Part shown: positions 27,801 to 36,629 of the stretch, piece after piece
Position numbering within the stretch: position 1 is the stretch's first letter
Layout of the letters: the number at the start of each line of letters is the position of its first letter
Source: Marinobacter sp.
GTDB taxonomy: Bacteria; Pseudomonadota; Gammaproteobacteria; Pseudomonadales; Oleiphilaceae
NCBI GenBank assembly: GCA_040223075.1
Contig: JAVJZJ010000172.1
Location: 14,114-78,113, forward strand
Direction of reading: 5' to 3'
DNA length: 64,000 bases
Made by a program: the position numbers and the translations under genes
Notes under the pieces: generated by a model
The model's database searches: none
The model's input: only the letters and a program-made list of their open reading frames with translations
Told to the model about the DNA's origin: nothing

Positions 27801-28099
27801 ACCGCCTGGCCCTGACGTGACACCGAGTAGACATGTTCCACGCCCTCGATCTCGCTCATCACCTGTTCGGCAGGCGTGGATATGGCGCTTTCCACCTCGC
27901 GGGTGCTGGCGCCGGGAAACGCCACCATGATGTCGGCCATGGTGACATCAATCTGGGGTTCTTCCTCTTTCGGGGTGACCACCACGGCCAGCACGCCCAG
28001 AATGATCGCCAGAATGGCGAGCAGGGGCGTAAGGTGGTTGTTCTGAAAAACCCGGGCAATGGCCCCGGAGGGGCCAACAGGCGGCAGTTCTCGACTCAC
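24869..28099 (-). CDS. RND efflux transporter permease (AcrB family), second copy
   Basis: 1076-aa ORF with RND architecture. It overlaps its adaptor gene by 4 nt. Confidence 0.9.
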   Translation of the reverse strand: MSRELPPVGPSGAIARVFQNNHLTPLLAILAIILGVLAVVVTPKEEEPQIDVTMADIMVAFPGASTREVESAISTPAEQVMSEIEGVEHVYSVSRQGQAVITVQFEVGVPRQEALVRLYNQVYSNQDWLPANLGATQPVIKPKGIDDVPVMTLTLYDPVNEHTGEELTHLAHMLEVALKRVPGTRDVYTTGGIPDRVDIRFDPALLAGFNLTIDDIRNALAAANTSSQEARISRDNVSIPIQAGTLLETVGDVRRLVVGMHSGSAVYLEDVADVSRGGTVADQSVMTGFGPGHENHMAGQPGDVYPAVTLAIAKKPGENAINITTAIEERLAQLRNRALPESVEVLVTRDYGVTASQKARKLITDLISATLCVVLLVLAAMGWRQALIVGLAVLITLLLTLVFSWAWGFTLNRVSLFALIFSIGILVDDGIVITENINRRIQNSRRAVKDIIPVAVDEVGTPTIMASLTIMAALIPMAFVSGLMGPYMSPIPINASAGMVLSQIVAFVVAPWLAFRLLKHKQGEQAAEAEEASSSADGVSPLSLRIFRTVLGPFLGDHPWRRRLLALGVVGLTLAATSLPVFQAVILKMLPFDNKSELQVVVDMPERTPMEQTQRVLMEMGSYLETVDEVANWQTYAGTASPINFNGLVRQYYLRGDPYHGDIQVNLVHEENRSRQSHDIAQSLRSPLTEIGERHGASVKIVEVPPGPPVLSPVVAEIYAVDETRRSALARQVAEGMTQVDGLVDIDTTLESPTRQWEVLVDRDRAARLGVSQAQVVAGLHTALGGTNVSFLHDDHAKYPVPIRVILSEGDKAQPSVLLSLNVRSRNGRLVPLASIAEVREADWMGAIYHKDLLPVTYVTADMAGETDSPLYGMFAMVERLNQQEGAPEQYFIDQPPLPEKGTLKWDGEWQITYETFRDMGAAYSVGIFMIFVLLVAQFRSYILPLVIMAPIPLTLIGIMPGHALLGREFTATSMIGMIALAGIIVRNSILLVVFIRQLLEEGVELDEAVVLAGAVRIKPIALTAISAMVGAYFILNDPIFNGLAISLIFGLAMSTLLTVLVVPLLYYTLARCKWV

Positions 28100-29163
28100 C
28101 GGCTCAACCCCTCACCTGACTTGTTGACCGGATTCAGGTTGTCGCTGCCCACTAACTCCGACGGGTTGGTGACCACCCGTTCGCCTTCACTGAGGCCGGC
28201 GAGGATCTCAAGCCGGCCATTGTCCCTGACTCCCGTGCGTACCTGCCGCAGCCGCGGCTGGTCCTGATCGTCCAGCACAAACACGGCCCTCAGCTCGCTG
28301 CGCTGAATCAGGCTGCCGGCCGGCACCCAGAGCGCCTCGCGGCTGCCAACCGGCACACCGACCTTGACCAGCATGCCGGGGAACAGGGAGCCATTGGGTT
28401 CACTGAGGCGCATCCGCAATCGAAAAGTGTGGGTTTGCGGATCGGCATAGGGATAGAGCGTCATCTCACCGGTTTCCAGCACCCGGCCATCGGCAAGCGT
28501 GACCTTTGCCTGGCGCTCGGTGCGCGCCAGTTCGGCGTACTTCTGGGGCAGGTCCACCACAACCCGAAGCTGCTCCAGGGAGAGCCCGCTGAGCAGGGGC
28601 TGGCCAGGGTTTACCGATTCCCCCACTTCCACGTGACGCTCGGTAAGGATGCCACCGTAGGGTGCCACCACGCGGGTATAGGACAATTGTTCCTGTGCTT
28701 CGGAAACCGCACCTTTGGCTCGCTTCACCCTTGCGCGGGCGGCAGCCAGATTGTTCCGGGCCTGATCAAACTCCTGTCGGGATACCAGCCCCCGCTGGTG
28801 AACCGCTTCGATACGCTCAAACCGCTGCCTCGCATCCGCCAATGCCGCTTCAGCCTCTTCCAGCCCGGCCTGGGCCTGGCGTAACCGGGAACGTTGTTCA
28901 CTGTCCTCCAACTGGACAATCAGGTCGCCGGCGGCAACGGAGTCGTCAACATCGTAGGGCAGGCTTTGCACCGTGCCCGTGGTCTGGGCAGAGACGGTGC
29001 TCTGCTGAACGGCTTCAATGATGCCATCGAGGTGCACGGTCTCCTGAAATGAACGTCGTTCAACCATTTCAACCAGGGGTTGCCCGGCTGCCAATGCAGA
29101 CAACAGCAGGAAAAAAAGCGAAGCAAAAAGGCGACCGGGAAGACGCATGCCAACCTCTACCAT
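28096..29163 (-). CDS. RND efflux periplasmic adaptor (MFP family), second copy
   Basis: 355-aa ORF with a signal/anchor, a coiled-coil hairpin (RLRQAQAGLEEAEAALADARQRFERIE) and a beta-barrel. The start may instead be the Met at 29148 (MRLPGRLF). Confidence 0.85.
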   Translation of the reverse strand: MVEVGMRLPGRLFASLFFLLLSALAAGQPLVEMVERRSFQETVHLDGIIEAVQQSTVSAQTTGTVQSLPYDVDDSVAAGDLIVQLEDSEQRSRLRQAQAGLEEAEAALADARQRFERIEAVHQRGLVSRQEFDQARNNLAAARARVKRAKGAVSEAQEQLSYTRVVAPYGGILTERHVEVGESVNPGQPLLSGLSLEQLRVVVDLPQKYAELARTERQAKVTLADGRVLETGEMTLYPYADPQTHTFRLRMRLSEPNGSLFPGMLVKVGVPVGSREALWVPAGSLIQRSELRAVFVLDDQDQPRLRQVRTGVRDNGRLEILAGLSEGERVVTNPSELVGSDNLNPVNKSGEGLSR

Positions 29164-29237
29164 TGGAAGTTATAAGGTTATTCCGCAACTTGACCAAAGT
29201 TTAACAGCCCGTCGCTGCGCTTACATTGAGCAGGGAC

Positions 29238-29277
29238 AAAAAAAGCCCCGGGTGAAGGAGTTGGTTCCACCCGGGGC
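29238..29277 (-). terminator. Rho-independent terminator downstream of the TonB-dependent receptor gene
   Basis: Perfect 10-bp stem GCCCCGGGTG / CACCCGGGGC (29245-29254 and 29268-29277) with a 13-nt loop. On the minus strand it is followed by T7 (29238-29244). Confidence 0.7.
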
Positions 29278-29327
29278 AAGATCGTCACCCGCCGACTATG
29301 GGAAGCGGGCAACCGCCATACAGAGAC

Positions 29328-31337
29328 TTACCACCTGGCCGTCAGTGCGGCACGCAGGGTGCGACCAGGCTCATTAACTCTTACGGCTTCCGGGTTAAAC
29401 GGATCAGTGTTGGCCCGGCTAACGTGAGGCGCCCAGGTGTTATCAAACAGGTTATCCACTGCCCAGCTGACACTCAGATACTCTGCCAGCGGATGGCTTC
29501 CGGACAGGTTCAGCACACCATAGCCCGGCGAAGGACCGGGATCCTGGCCAGATTCCAGATCCACGCTGTCCTGGCGACGGGCCAACACCCACTCCAGTTC
29601 AACCGCGTGACCCATGCGCTGCCAGCCAAGGGTTTGAATAAACTGCACCGGCGGAATCTGCGGCAGGGGCTGATTATCGTCGCGGTTCTCGCCGCGCACA
29701 GCGGCCAGACTGCTATTGGCGCTCCAAGTGCCGTTGCTCCATCCGAGCTGGCCCTCAACCCCCATCAACCGGGCATCGATATTGCGGTAGACGCTGACCT
29801 GATCCGCATTCCGGGTACGCAGGACAAAGTCATCCACCTGATCCACCCAAATGGCCGGGCGCCAGGTCCAGCCGTTGCTCTCGCCCGGCATCGCCAGTTC
29901 GAGCTTGCGGTGTTGTTCGGGATCGAGAGCAGGGTTGCCCACCCAGCGCCTCGAAGGGTCCATGTTATTCCAACTGGCAATGTAGCGTTCAGTTACGCCC
30001 GGGCTGCGGACACTGTGGCTGGCGGTAACCACCAAAGATTGGACCGGAGAGAATCGCCAGTCGCTGCTGACAAACCCACTGAAATTGTCATCGGTCACGT
30101 CGGTATTGGTGGTGCCGTAGATTGTCTGATAGGCATCTGCGGCCGACATAGCCATCATGCCACTGCCGAACACCTTGCCAGCCGAGGCAGCAGACATTTC
30201 CACGCGATCATAGCGCACGCCTCCGCCGATCTTTAACGCTGGGGTTACCCGGTGGAAGCGCTCAGCGAAAAGACCGAAACGATCGCGATCCACGTCGGGC
30301 CAGAGTACGGAGGTCAGCACATCGAGATTCGATCCGCCAAACCGTTCGGCGTGCCAGTTATTGGTCTCGACATCAGCACCAATAGCCCAGTCGGTACTGA
30401 TATCCGGACTCTGATCCAGTGTCAGGCGAAGGCCCCGGGTTTCGGTCTCGGAATCCGTAAGCATGTTCATCATGGACTCACGGAGGCTGAAGTTATCCAT
30501 GATGTGATCAACATCCGCTTGCCAGGCCAGCAGGCTCCAGTTGCCGTTGGCCACCGGCGAGCCCAGCTCCAGGCGCAGGATATCGGAATCGGTTTTCGGT
30601 GCGTCCATGCCGGAGCCGGCGTATTTCACATCCCGCTCTTCCTGGCGGCTCACCAACCCCTTGATATAGAGCCCGTTGTCCGCTTTCCAGGCGGCGTCCA
30701 TCCGGGCCTCGGCATTCTTGTAAGCACTGCGGATCTCATTACCGTCCCCATCCTCGTAGTCGTTGGCTTCACTGTAACCTCCCGCCAGCCGAAGCCAAGC
30801 GCTTTCACCGCCAACAGCAGCACTGCCATTGAGCAGTTTGCCGTTACCGTTGTCAGAACCGCCCACTGTCAGGTGACCGGTGACACCCTCCCTGTCAAAC
30901 ACCGGTGCAGCGGTCGTCGCAATCACCTGACCACCAGCAATCGGTCCCCAGCGCAAAGTCTGATTGTCAGTGCGCACCTCCAGTAGCGGGGCCAACGCGG
31001 CACTCAGACGGCTGGTGGGAGGGTCCATGCGATTAGGGCAGGCACCTTCAACCCGAATACCATCCAACAGCACGTCCACACGCTCCTGACTCTGGCCACG
31101 AACCACCGGCTCCAGTCCACGACCACCCATGCGGGAAAGTGATACTGAAGGGTTGGTGGACAGTCGCTCGACCGGTTCTAAAGCCAGAATTCGGGCAGCC
31201 TCCTCAGACCTCTGGCCTTCGGTGATTCGAATCAACGGAAGCGGCTCGTCAACGCTCTGTGCCCACACCGTCAATGGGGTAGCAACAATGCCTGCTGCAC
31301 AAATGGCAAAAACACGGGGTCCAATTCTCGCAGTCAT
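29328..31337 (-). CDS. TonB-dependent outer-membrane receptor, probably copper-type (OprC/NosA-like)
   Basis: 669-aa ORF with a signal peptide. The plug region contains GACPNRMDPPTS, which I remember as typical of TonB-dependent copper receptors. The C-terminus ends in an aromatic residue (...LTARW). Confidence 0.8.
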   Translation of the reverse strand: MTARIGPRVFAICAAGIVATPLTVWAQSVDEPLPLIRITEGQRSEEAARILALEPVERLSTNPSVSLSRMGGRGLEPVVRGQSQERVDVLLDGIRVEGACPNRMDPPTSRLSAALAPLLEVRTDNQTLRWGPIAGGQVIATTAAPVFDREGVTGHLTVGGSDNGNGKLLNGSAAVGGESAWLRLAGGYSEANDYEDGDGNEIRSAYKNAEARMDAAWKADNGLYIKGLVSRQEERDVKYAGSGMDAPKTDSDILRLELGSPVANGNWSLLAWQADVDHIMDNFSLRESMMNMLTDSETETRGLRLTLDQSPDISTDWAIGADVETNNWHAERFGGSNLDVLTSVLWPDVDRDRFGLFAERFHRVTPALKIGGGVRYDRVEMSAASAGKVFGSGMMAMSAADAYQTIYGTTNTDVTDDNFSGFVSSDWRFSPVQSLVVTASHSVRSPGVTERYIASWNNMDPSRRWVGNPALDPEQHRKLELAMPGESNGWTWRPAIWVDQVDDFVLRTRNADQVSVYRNIDARLMGVEGQLGWSNGTWSANSSLAAVRGENRDDNQPLPQIPPVQFIQTLGWQRMGHAVELEWVLARRQDSVDLESGQDPGPSPGYGVLNLSGSHPLAEYLSVSWAVDNLFDNTWAPHVSRANTDPFNPEAVRVNEPGRTLRAALTARW

Positions 31338-31466
31338 TCAACCTTTACCCTGACCAGCCCTAAGAGAGGTCACCATCATAAAGACCACTCAAACCCGGCG
31401 CCTGAGACCAAATGCCGCATCTCTATGGAGGTATTCCCGCAGTACCTCCACTAAAAACCCGCTAGA

Positions 31467-32723
31467 ATGCCGACTATGGAATGGCTCACCCACTCACAAA
31501 CCGGATTTCAACAAGCTGCCCGTTACCTGCTCGGCATGCGGCTGACTATTGTTGCCATTCAGCTGGTTGCTATCGCAGTGGCCGAAACCATGGTCACACT
31601 GGCACACCGTGGCGAAGCCGTTATCCTGTGTCTGGTTTACGCCGTTATGGCAACACTCGGCTGGCTGTGGCTTACCCGGAAACCACCGTCATCTCCCGGT
31701 CTCATCAGCGTTTCCCTTGCTTTGGATCTGCTGCTGATAGGCGGCTGGCTCTCTCTGACTGGCGGCTACACCAACCCGCTCACATCGTTGTTGCTGCTTC
31801 CCATCGCCGTCGCCATTATTCTGGTTCCGCTGCGCCAGAGCATTGCTCTCACTCTCTGTGGCATTCTGGTTTACACCTCACTGGTGCTCTGGCCCATGCC
31901 CGGGTTACACGACCATGCCGAAAGCAATCTGGCGCAGCTTCATTTGGTCGGCATGTGGGTCACGTTTGCCGTGACCGCGGGCATTTTGCTGCTGGTGGTT
32001 GGCAACCTTGCCCGACGCCTACACCGGCAACAGTCCACACTGGCTGAGGTTCGCGAACGCCGGTTGCGGGATGAACAGATTATTGCTCTGGGGCTGTCGG
32101 CCGCGTCCGTTGCGCACCGGCTGGGCACGCCCTTCAACACTATGAGCCTGCTAATCGAAGAGCTGAAACAGTCCAATGATCCTGTGGCCCGGCAGCAGGA
32201 CCTGGAGATGATGGAACAACAACTGGGTTTGTGTGCCGATCACCTTAAGCAATTGTCTGCGGCTGCCGGCCAGGCTCGTGCGGAGCAGCGGCAGATCTTG
32301 ACGGTCAGCGACTGGCTCAATCGCCTGCGGGAGTCGGCCACGCTGCTCTGGCCTGCCTCATCGGTTCAGTGGCAGCTGCCTTGGCCCGAGGGTCGCGTCA
32401 CCGTGGATGCCACTCTGGATCAGGCGGTTCTTAATCTGCTTGCCAACGCCCTGACCGCCAGTCCGTCATGGGTATCAGTGAACGCCCGCGCCGCCGGTCA
32501 GGGAACGCTGGAAATCGTGGTGGAAGATCGTGGCGGCGGATTCGAGAATGCCCTGCATCCCGGGGCTGGCAGCGACATTGAGGTATCTTCAAACGGCCTG
32601 GGCGTTGGTCTTTTTCTATCCAATGCCACCATTCAGCGCCTCGGTGGCCAACTACGCGCCCACGCCTCGGATAAGGGCACTACCATGATCATCGCTTTGC
32701 CGGAGGTGAGTGATGACAACTAA
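31467..32723 (+). CDS. regB: Redox-type sensor histidine kinase RegB/PrrB/ActS family
   Basis: 418-aa ORF with six N-terminal TM helices. GGYTNPL resembles the RegB GGxxNPF quinone box. The H-box is SVAHRLGTPFNT, and the ATPase G-boxes are DRGGGF and GLGVGLF. Confidence 0.8.
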   Translation: MPTMEWLTHSQTGFQQAARYLLGMRLTIVAIQLVAIAVAETMVTLAHRGEAVILCLVYAVMATLGWLWLTRKPPSSPGLISVSLALDLLLIGGWLSLTGGYTNPLTSLLLLPIAVAIILVPLRQSIALTLCGILVYTSLVLWPMPGLHDHAESNLAQLHLVGMWVTFAVTAGILLLVVGNLARRLHRQQSTLAEVRERRLRDEQIIALGLSAASVAHRLGTPFNTMSLLIEELKQSNDPVARQQDLEMMEQQLGLCADHLKQLSAAAGQARAEQRQILTVSDWLNRLRESATLLWPASSVQWQLPWPEGRVTVDATLDQAVLNLLANALTASPSWVSVNARAAGQGTLEIVVEDRGGGFENALHPGAGSDIEVSSNGLGVGLFLSNATIQRLGGQLRAHASDKGTTMIIALPEVSDDN

Positions 32724-33246
32724 AACGCAGTGGCTGCTGATTGACGATGACGAGGCCTTCCTGACTATCCTGCAACGTTCGCTGGCCCGTCATGGAATCG
32801 ATAGCGGTATCGCCACCAATAGCGCCGATGCACTGGCGAAGCTGCAGGAAGATCAACCCCAACGATGTGTGCTCGACCTGAATCTCGCCGGTGAAAGCGG
32901 GCTGCAGCTGTTACCCGTCCTGCTGTCCGAGAATCCGGATCTGGAGGTTCTGATTCTGACCGGGTATGGAAGCATTGCGACCGCCGTAGACGCCATGAGA
33001 CGGGGAGCCGTCAATTACCTGTGCAAACCGATAACAGTCAACCAGCTGATTACTGCATTCGACAACCCCGACCACACGCCTGATTTGCGCCCTGCCCCAC
33101 CCACGGTTGAGGAGATGGAGTGGGAACATATTCAACGGGTGTTGAATGAACACGAGGGTAACGTGTCGGCAACCGCACGGGCCCTGAATATGCACCGGCG
33201 AACGCTGCAGCGAAAACTGCAGAAACACTCCCGTTGGCGCAACTAA
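32710..33246 (+). CDS. regA: Response regulator RegA/PrrA/ActR family
   Basis: 178-aa ORF with a receiver domain (DDDEAF...VLDLNL). The C-terminal HTH NVSATARALNMHRRTLQRKLQK is nearly identical to the RegA HTH as I remember it. It overlaps regB by 14 nt. Confidence 0.85.
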   Translation: MMTTKTQWLLIDDDEAFLTILQRSLARHGIDSGIATNSADALAKLQEDQPQRCVLDLNLAGESGLQLLPVLLSENPDLEVLILTGYGSIATAVDAMRRGAVNYLCKPITVNQLITAFDNPDHTPDLRPAPPTVEEMEWEHIQRVLNEHEGNVSATARALNMHRRTLQRKLQKHSRWRN

Positions 33247-33393
33247 CCCGACTGCCCCGACATACCTCCAGGCGCGACACACGACAAAAATATCATTGAC
33301 TTTTTTTGGAACCTTTCCTTTCAAACAGTCGTTTGGTCTAGCAAGGGTCGACACACCCTCACGACAATAACAATCGGAAAGGTACAGACAGAC

Positions 33394-36300
33394 ATGGTCA
33401 ATATTAAAAAAACATCGCTCCTGGCGGTTGTTGCAGGAAGTACCGCGCTTGCGGGATGCCTCGACAGTGGCGGCCAGACCAATAAAAACGCCAATCCGAT
33501 CTACGAGATCGACAACCCGAATCACCCTAGCGACGGCACCAAACCCATTTTCCGGCCGCTGGACACCGCGTTCCCGCTGCCCAGTGATCCACTGTTTTTC
33601 CTGAACCCGGAAAACGACGGTACCATGTTGAACGGTACCGATCCCGCGAACCCGGTTACTACCGGTCTTGGCTTTGTCGATGGCAACTCCATCCTCGCGC
33701 CATTCGACGTCAAGATCAGTGACAGCCTGGACCCGAATCAGACACTGGACGTCCGCGCCTTTGTTGAAATAGACGGCGAAGTAGTTCCGAATCCGGACCA
33801 GAAAGTGTTCGTGCTGGAACTCGAGTACCCCACAGGCGACAGCGTCTTCCAACAACAGCGTGAAGTGGGTGGGGTTGTCGACGCCGAGAAGTATCGCCAC
33901 GCCAAACGCCTGGAGGAACAGGGTGATACGGCCGGCGCCGACGCGCTCTACCAGGAACTGCTGGAGCAGCGCTTCCGCATCGAGATTATTACCGTTGACG
34001 CAAACGGCCCAGCCGGTGCCGCCGGCGGTTCGGCCAACAATGCTATTCGAATCCTGCCAATTAAACCGCTGAATCCGAAAACCAAGTACGCCGTGGTTCT
34101 GAGTAACGACATCGTGGACAAGGATGGCGAGCCGCTGGTTCAGGAGCTGCGTTTCGAAACCGCCTCCAACCCGGAGTATGTTCTCAGCAACCCGGCACTG
34201 CAGCCATTCCGGGATTCCACGCTGCCGGCGCGCGCTTTCGGCTCCGACTTCTTTGACTTCAAACGCGAGGCCCTCAGCGACCTGGGCCGGAGTACCGCTG
34301 GCATTCCCACGTTTGATGACGTCACGTTCGCCATTAGCTTCACCACCACAGCAGTGGAAGACGTGCTCCTGGCCAATGCCGCACCAGCCGCCTGGTTCCG
34401 CAACCACCTGCTCATTGATCGCAAGCAAACCGTCCTGAACGCTCTGATCGCAGGAGACTTCAATCTCTCCGACCAGTCGATTGGTGATGCATCCAGCGAA
34501 GACCAGCTAATCAACTCGCGCATCTTCGAGCTGCTGACCGACGAATCCTACCGCCTGTATGACGCAGGTCTCGCCGGCATACTGACTGAGGCCAACGCAA
34601 ACGGCATGGCTGTTGCCTATGGCGATCTGGTGGCCTCCGAGGACGATGACCGCAGGCTGGCGTTTATTCTGCAGGATACGGCAACCCAGGCGGTGGAAGA
34701 TGTGGTTGATGTTTCCGCCCAGGCAGATCAGCTGGCCGCTGATGCATCGAGCATACTGGACATTCCGGCGGCTTATGATCCGGCGTCCGGCGAACCTTCT
34801 CCGGTGCGTTTCTTCAGCCAGAAGGCCGGTGTCGAGGTTAACCCCGCGCTGCAACAAACTGCAGCTGACCTTGTGGTAACAGAGGTCAATGTAAACGTAC
34901 AGATATACGAGGGTGAAATTTCCCTGCCCTATTACCAGCAATTGCCCGACGGCACCGATGGCAGCCCTCTCCAGACTGGCTCGTGGCTCCCTGCAGATTT
35001 CAGTACAAACCCGGATCTGCCACAGGCCAAGTCTGACCGGGTGAGCTACCGGTTCCCGTTCATCCAGAAACAGGCCGACACCAAGATCCCCATTATTGTT
35101 GGCGCACCAGACACAAACGATCTCTTTGGGCCGCCTCCCGCTGAAGGCTACCCTGTCATTATCTACCAGCACGCTGCCACCCAGGATCGTTCGGCGATTC
35201 TGCCCATGGCCACAGCAGCGGGACTGCTTTGCCTGGCGGATGGAGACACGCCCACAAACAGTGAAAATTGTTTCGTCACTGTCGGCATCGATATGCCCCT
35301 GAACGGCGTGTTCGGCGAAGCCGCCACCAGTGCCCGGGATGAAGATGATCCGGCAACCACACCCGGTATGGTGGAAATTTCCCAGCAGCCCGGCGCTTCC
35401 GACGACGCCACCGAAAGGCATTTCGGTTTCACCGCCAATGACGCCATGGAGGCGGTGACCAGAGATCAGGTGGAGAACCCGGAATCCGGCAGCCTGTTCC
35501 TGAACTTCACCAACTACGCCAACACCCGGGACAACATGCGCCAGGGCGCCCTGGATCTGCTCAACGTCAACGCTCTGCTCCCGGCCATCGAAGCGGCCAT
35601 CAACGACTGTGCAGAGTGTGCTGACGAAATCGCCATGAACACCGACCGGGTGTACTTCATCAGCCATTCCCTCAGTGGCATGGGCGGTGTGCCCTATCCG
35701 GTCATCAACAACCTGGCCGCTCAGGACAACCCGGATCTGAACCCGATCCTGGCGTCCGTAATGTTCAACACCGGCGGTCAGTTCTCCCGTCTGGCGGAGA
35801 ACTCCCGCGAGACCATTGCCCCGGTTTTACTGCCAGGACTTGAAGCTGCATCCGACGGCCTGCTTGCCCAGGGCCGGACTGAACTGAATATTTACTTCAA
35901 TGTGTTCCAGGCCCTGCTGGACTCCACAGATCCGGTGGCTTTTGCATCGCTGTTTGAGGAAAGCGGCAATGAAGCCACGCTGCTGACCTCCATCGTCGGA
36001 ATCGAAGGTGATGCTGATCGTCCATCCGACGCCACCATCCCCAACGCAGCTGACGACCAACTGTACGATCAGGGCCCGCTGCAACTGGTGACGGATACAG
36101 GCTTTGAGATCAACAGCCTGCCTGCGCCTCTGACCGGCACCGACCCCATGGCCCGTTTCATGGGTGCAGTCAGCATTGATAACGGCGACGGCACCGATGA
36201 CGGCACCCGTCCTGTGATCACCCGCTACCTCGAAGGCTCACACGGTAACCCGATCTCCGCCGGCCAGAAGGGGGTTGACCCGTTCAGCTCCAGTGCAGTG

Positions 36301-36546
36301 TTTGACGAAATGGCCGCGCAAATGGTGGCGCTGTTCCGCAGCCGCACCGATACAAGCACCGCATTTACAGTAGATGTTAGCAACGATTGCGTGGTCAAAG
36401 ACGTTGGCAACAGCCCTGGCGATCCAGAATGTGACGGAGCCACAGATGGCGGCGCACAGCCTGATGAAGGCGACGGATCCGGCGGTGACGGCGGTGACGA
36501 AGGCGGCCTGCTTGATGACGGCGGGCTCCTCGGAGGACTGCTGTAA
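33394..36546 (+). CDS. Large surface lipoprotein lipase, VolA/Pla-1/Cef-like
   Basis: 1050-aa ORF with a lipobox LAGC. The N-terminal region is of the bacterial virulence-factor lipase type. It has a nucleophile-elbow-like motif YFISHSLSGMGG and an acidic Gly/Asp-rich C-terminal tail (DGGAQPDEGDGSGGDGGDEGGLLDDGGLLGGLL). Confidence 0.7.
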   Translation: MVNIKKTSLLAVVAGSTALAGCLDSGGQTNKNANPIYEIDNPNHPSDGTKPIFRPLDTAFPLPSDPLFFLNPENDGTMLNGTDPANPVTTGLGFVDGNSILAPFDVKISDSLDPNQTLDVRAFVEIDGEVVPNPDQKVFVLELEYPTGDSVFQQQREVGGVVDAEKYRHAKRLEEQGDTAGADALYQELLEQRFRIEIITVDANGPAGAAGGSANNAIRILPIKPLNPKTKYAVVLSNDIVDKDGEPLVQELRFETASNPEYVLSNPALQPFRDSTLPARAFGSDFFDFKREALSDLGRSTAGIPTFDDVTFAISFTTTAVEDVLLANAAPAAWFRNHLLIDRKQTVLNALIAGDFNLSDQSIGDASSEDQLINSRIFELLTDESYRLYDAGLAGILTEANANGMAVAYGDLVASEDDDRRLAFILQDTATQAVEDVVDVSAQADQLAADASSILDIPAAYDPASGEPSPVRFFSQKAGVEVNPALQQTAADLVVTEVNVNVQIYEGEISLPYYQQLPDGTDGSPLQTGSWLPADFSTNPDLPQAKSDRVSYRFPFIQKQADTKIPIIVGAPDTNDLFGPPPAEGYPVIIYQHAATQDRSAILPMATAAGLLCLADGDTPTNSENCFVTVGIDMPLNGVFGEAATSARDEDDPATTPGMVEISQQPGASDDATERHFGFTANDAMEAVTRDQVENPESGSLFLNFTNYANTRDNMRQGALDLLNVNALLPAIEAAINDCAECADEIAMNTDRVYFISHSLSGMGGVPYPVINNLAAQDNPDLNPILASVMFNTGGQFSRLAENSRETIAPVLLPGLEAASDGLLAQGRTELNIYFNVFQALLDSTDPVAFASLFEESGNEATLLTSIVGIEGDADRPSDATIPNAADDQLYDQGPLQLVTDTGFEINSLPAPLTGTDPMARFMGAVSIDNGDGTDDGTRPVITRYLEGSHGNPISAGQKGVDPFSSSAVFDEMAAQMVALFRSRTDTSTAFTVDVSNDCVVKDVGNSPGDPECDGATDGGAQPDEGDGSGGDGGDEGGLLDDGGLLGGLL

Positions 36547-36571
36547 CCACTAACACCGCAACGTCTACTCC

Positions 36572-36601
36572 GGGACCCGCAAGACAGTTATTGCGGGTCC
36601 C
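36572..36601 (+). other. Intergenic stem-loop between the lipase and DUF1302 genes
   Basis: Perfect 11-bp stem GGGACCCGCAA / TTGCGGGTCCC with an 8-nt loop. No T-tract follows, so it is more likely a processing, stability or partial-termination element than a strong terminator. Confidence 0.4.
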
Positions 36602-36629
36602 CAAGAACAAAAGAATTGGAGCAGTAGAA

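Noticed and set aside
29298-30986. 312-aa and 244-aa plus-strand ORFs
   Set aside because: They are antisense to the TonB-dependent receptor, which has plug and barrel features and a terminal aromatic residue.
33307-33322. sigma54-like TGGAAC...TTTC upstream of the lipase gene
   Set aside because: The -12 element lacks the GC dinucleotide at the required spacing from the GG.
32911-35667. 505-aa and 386-aa minus-strand ORFs (32911..34428 and 34507..35667)
   Set aside because: They are antisense shadows of regA and the lipase lipoprotein gene. The plus-strand products have a clear signal/lipobox and family motifs, while the minus-strand products do not.
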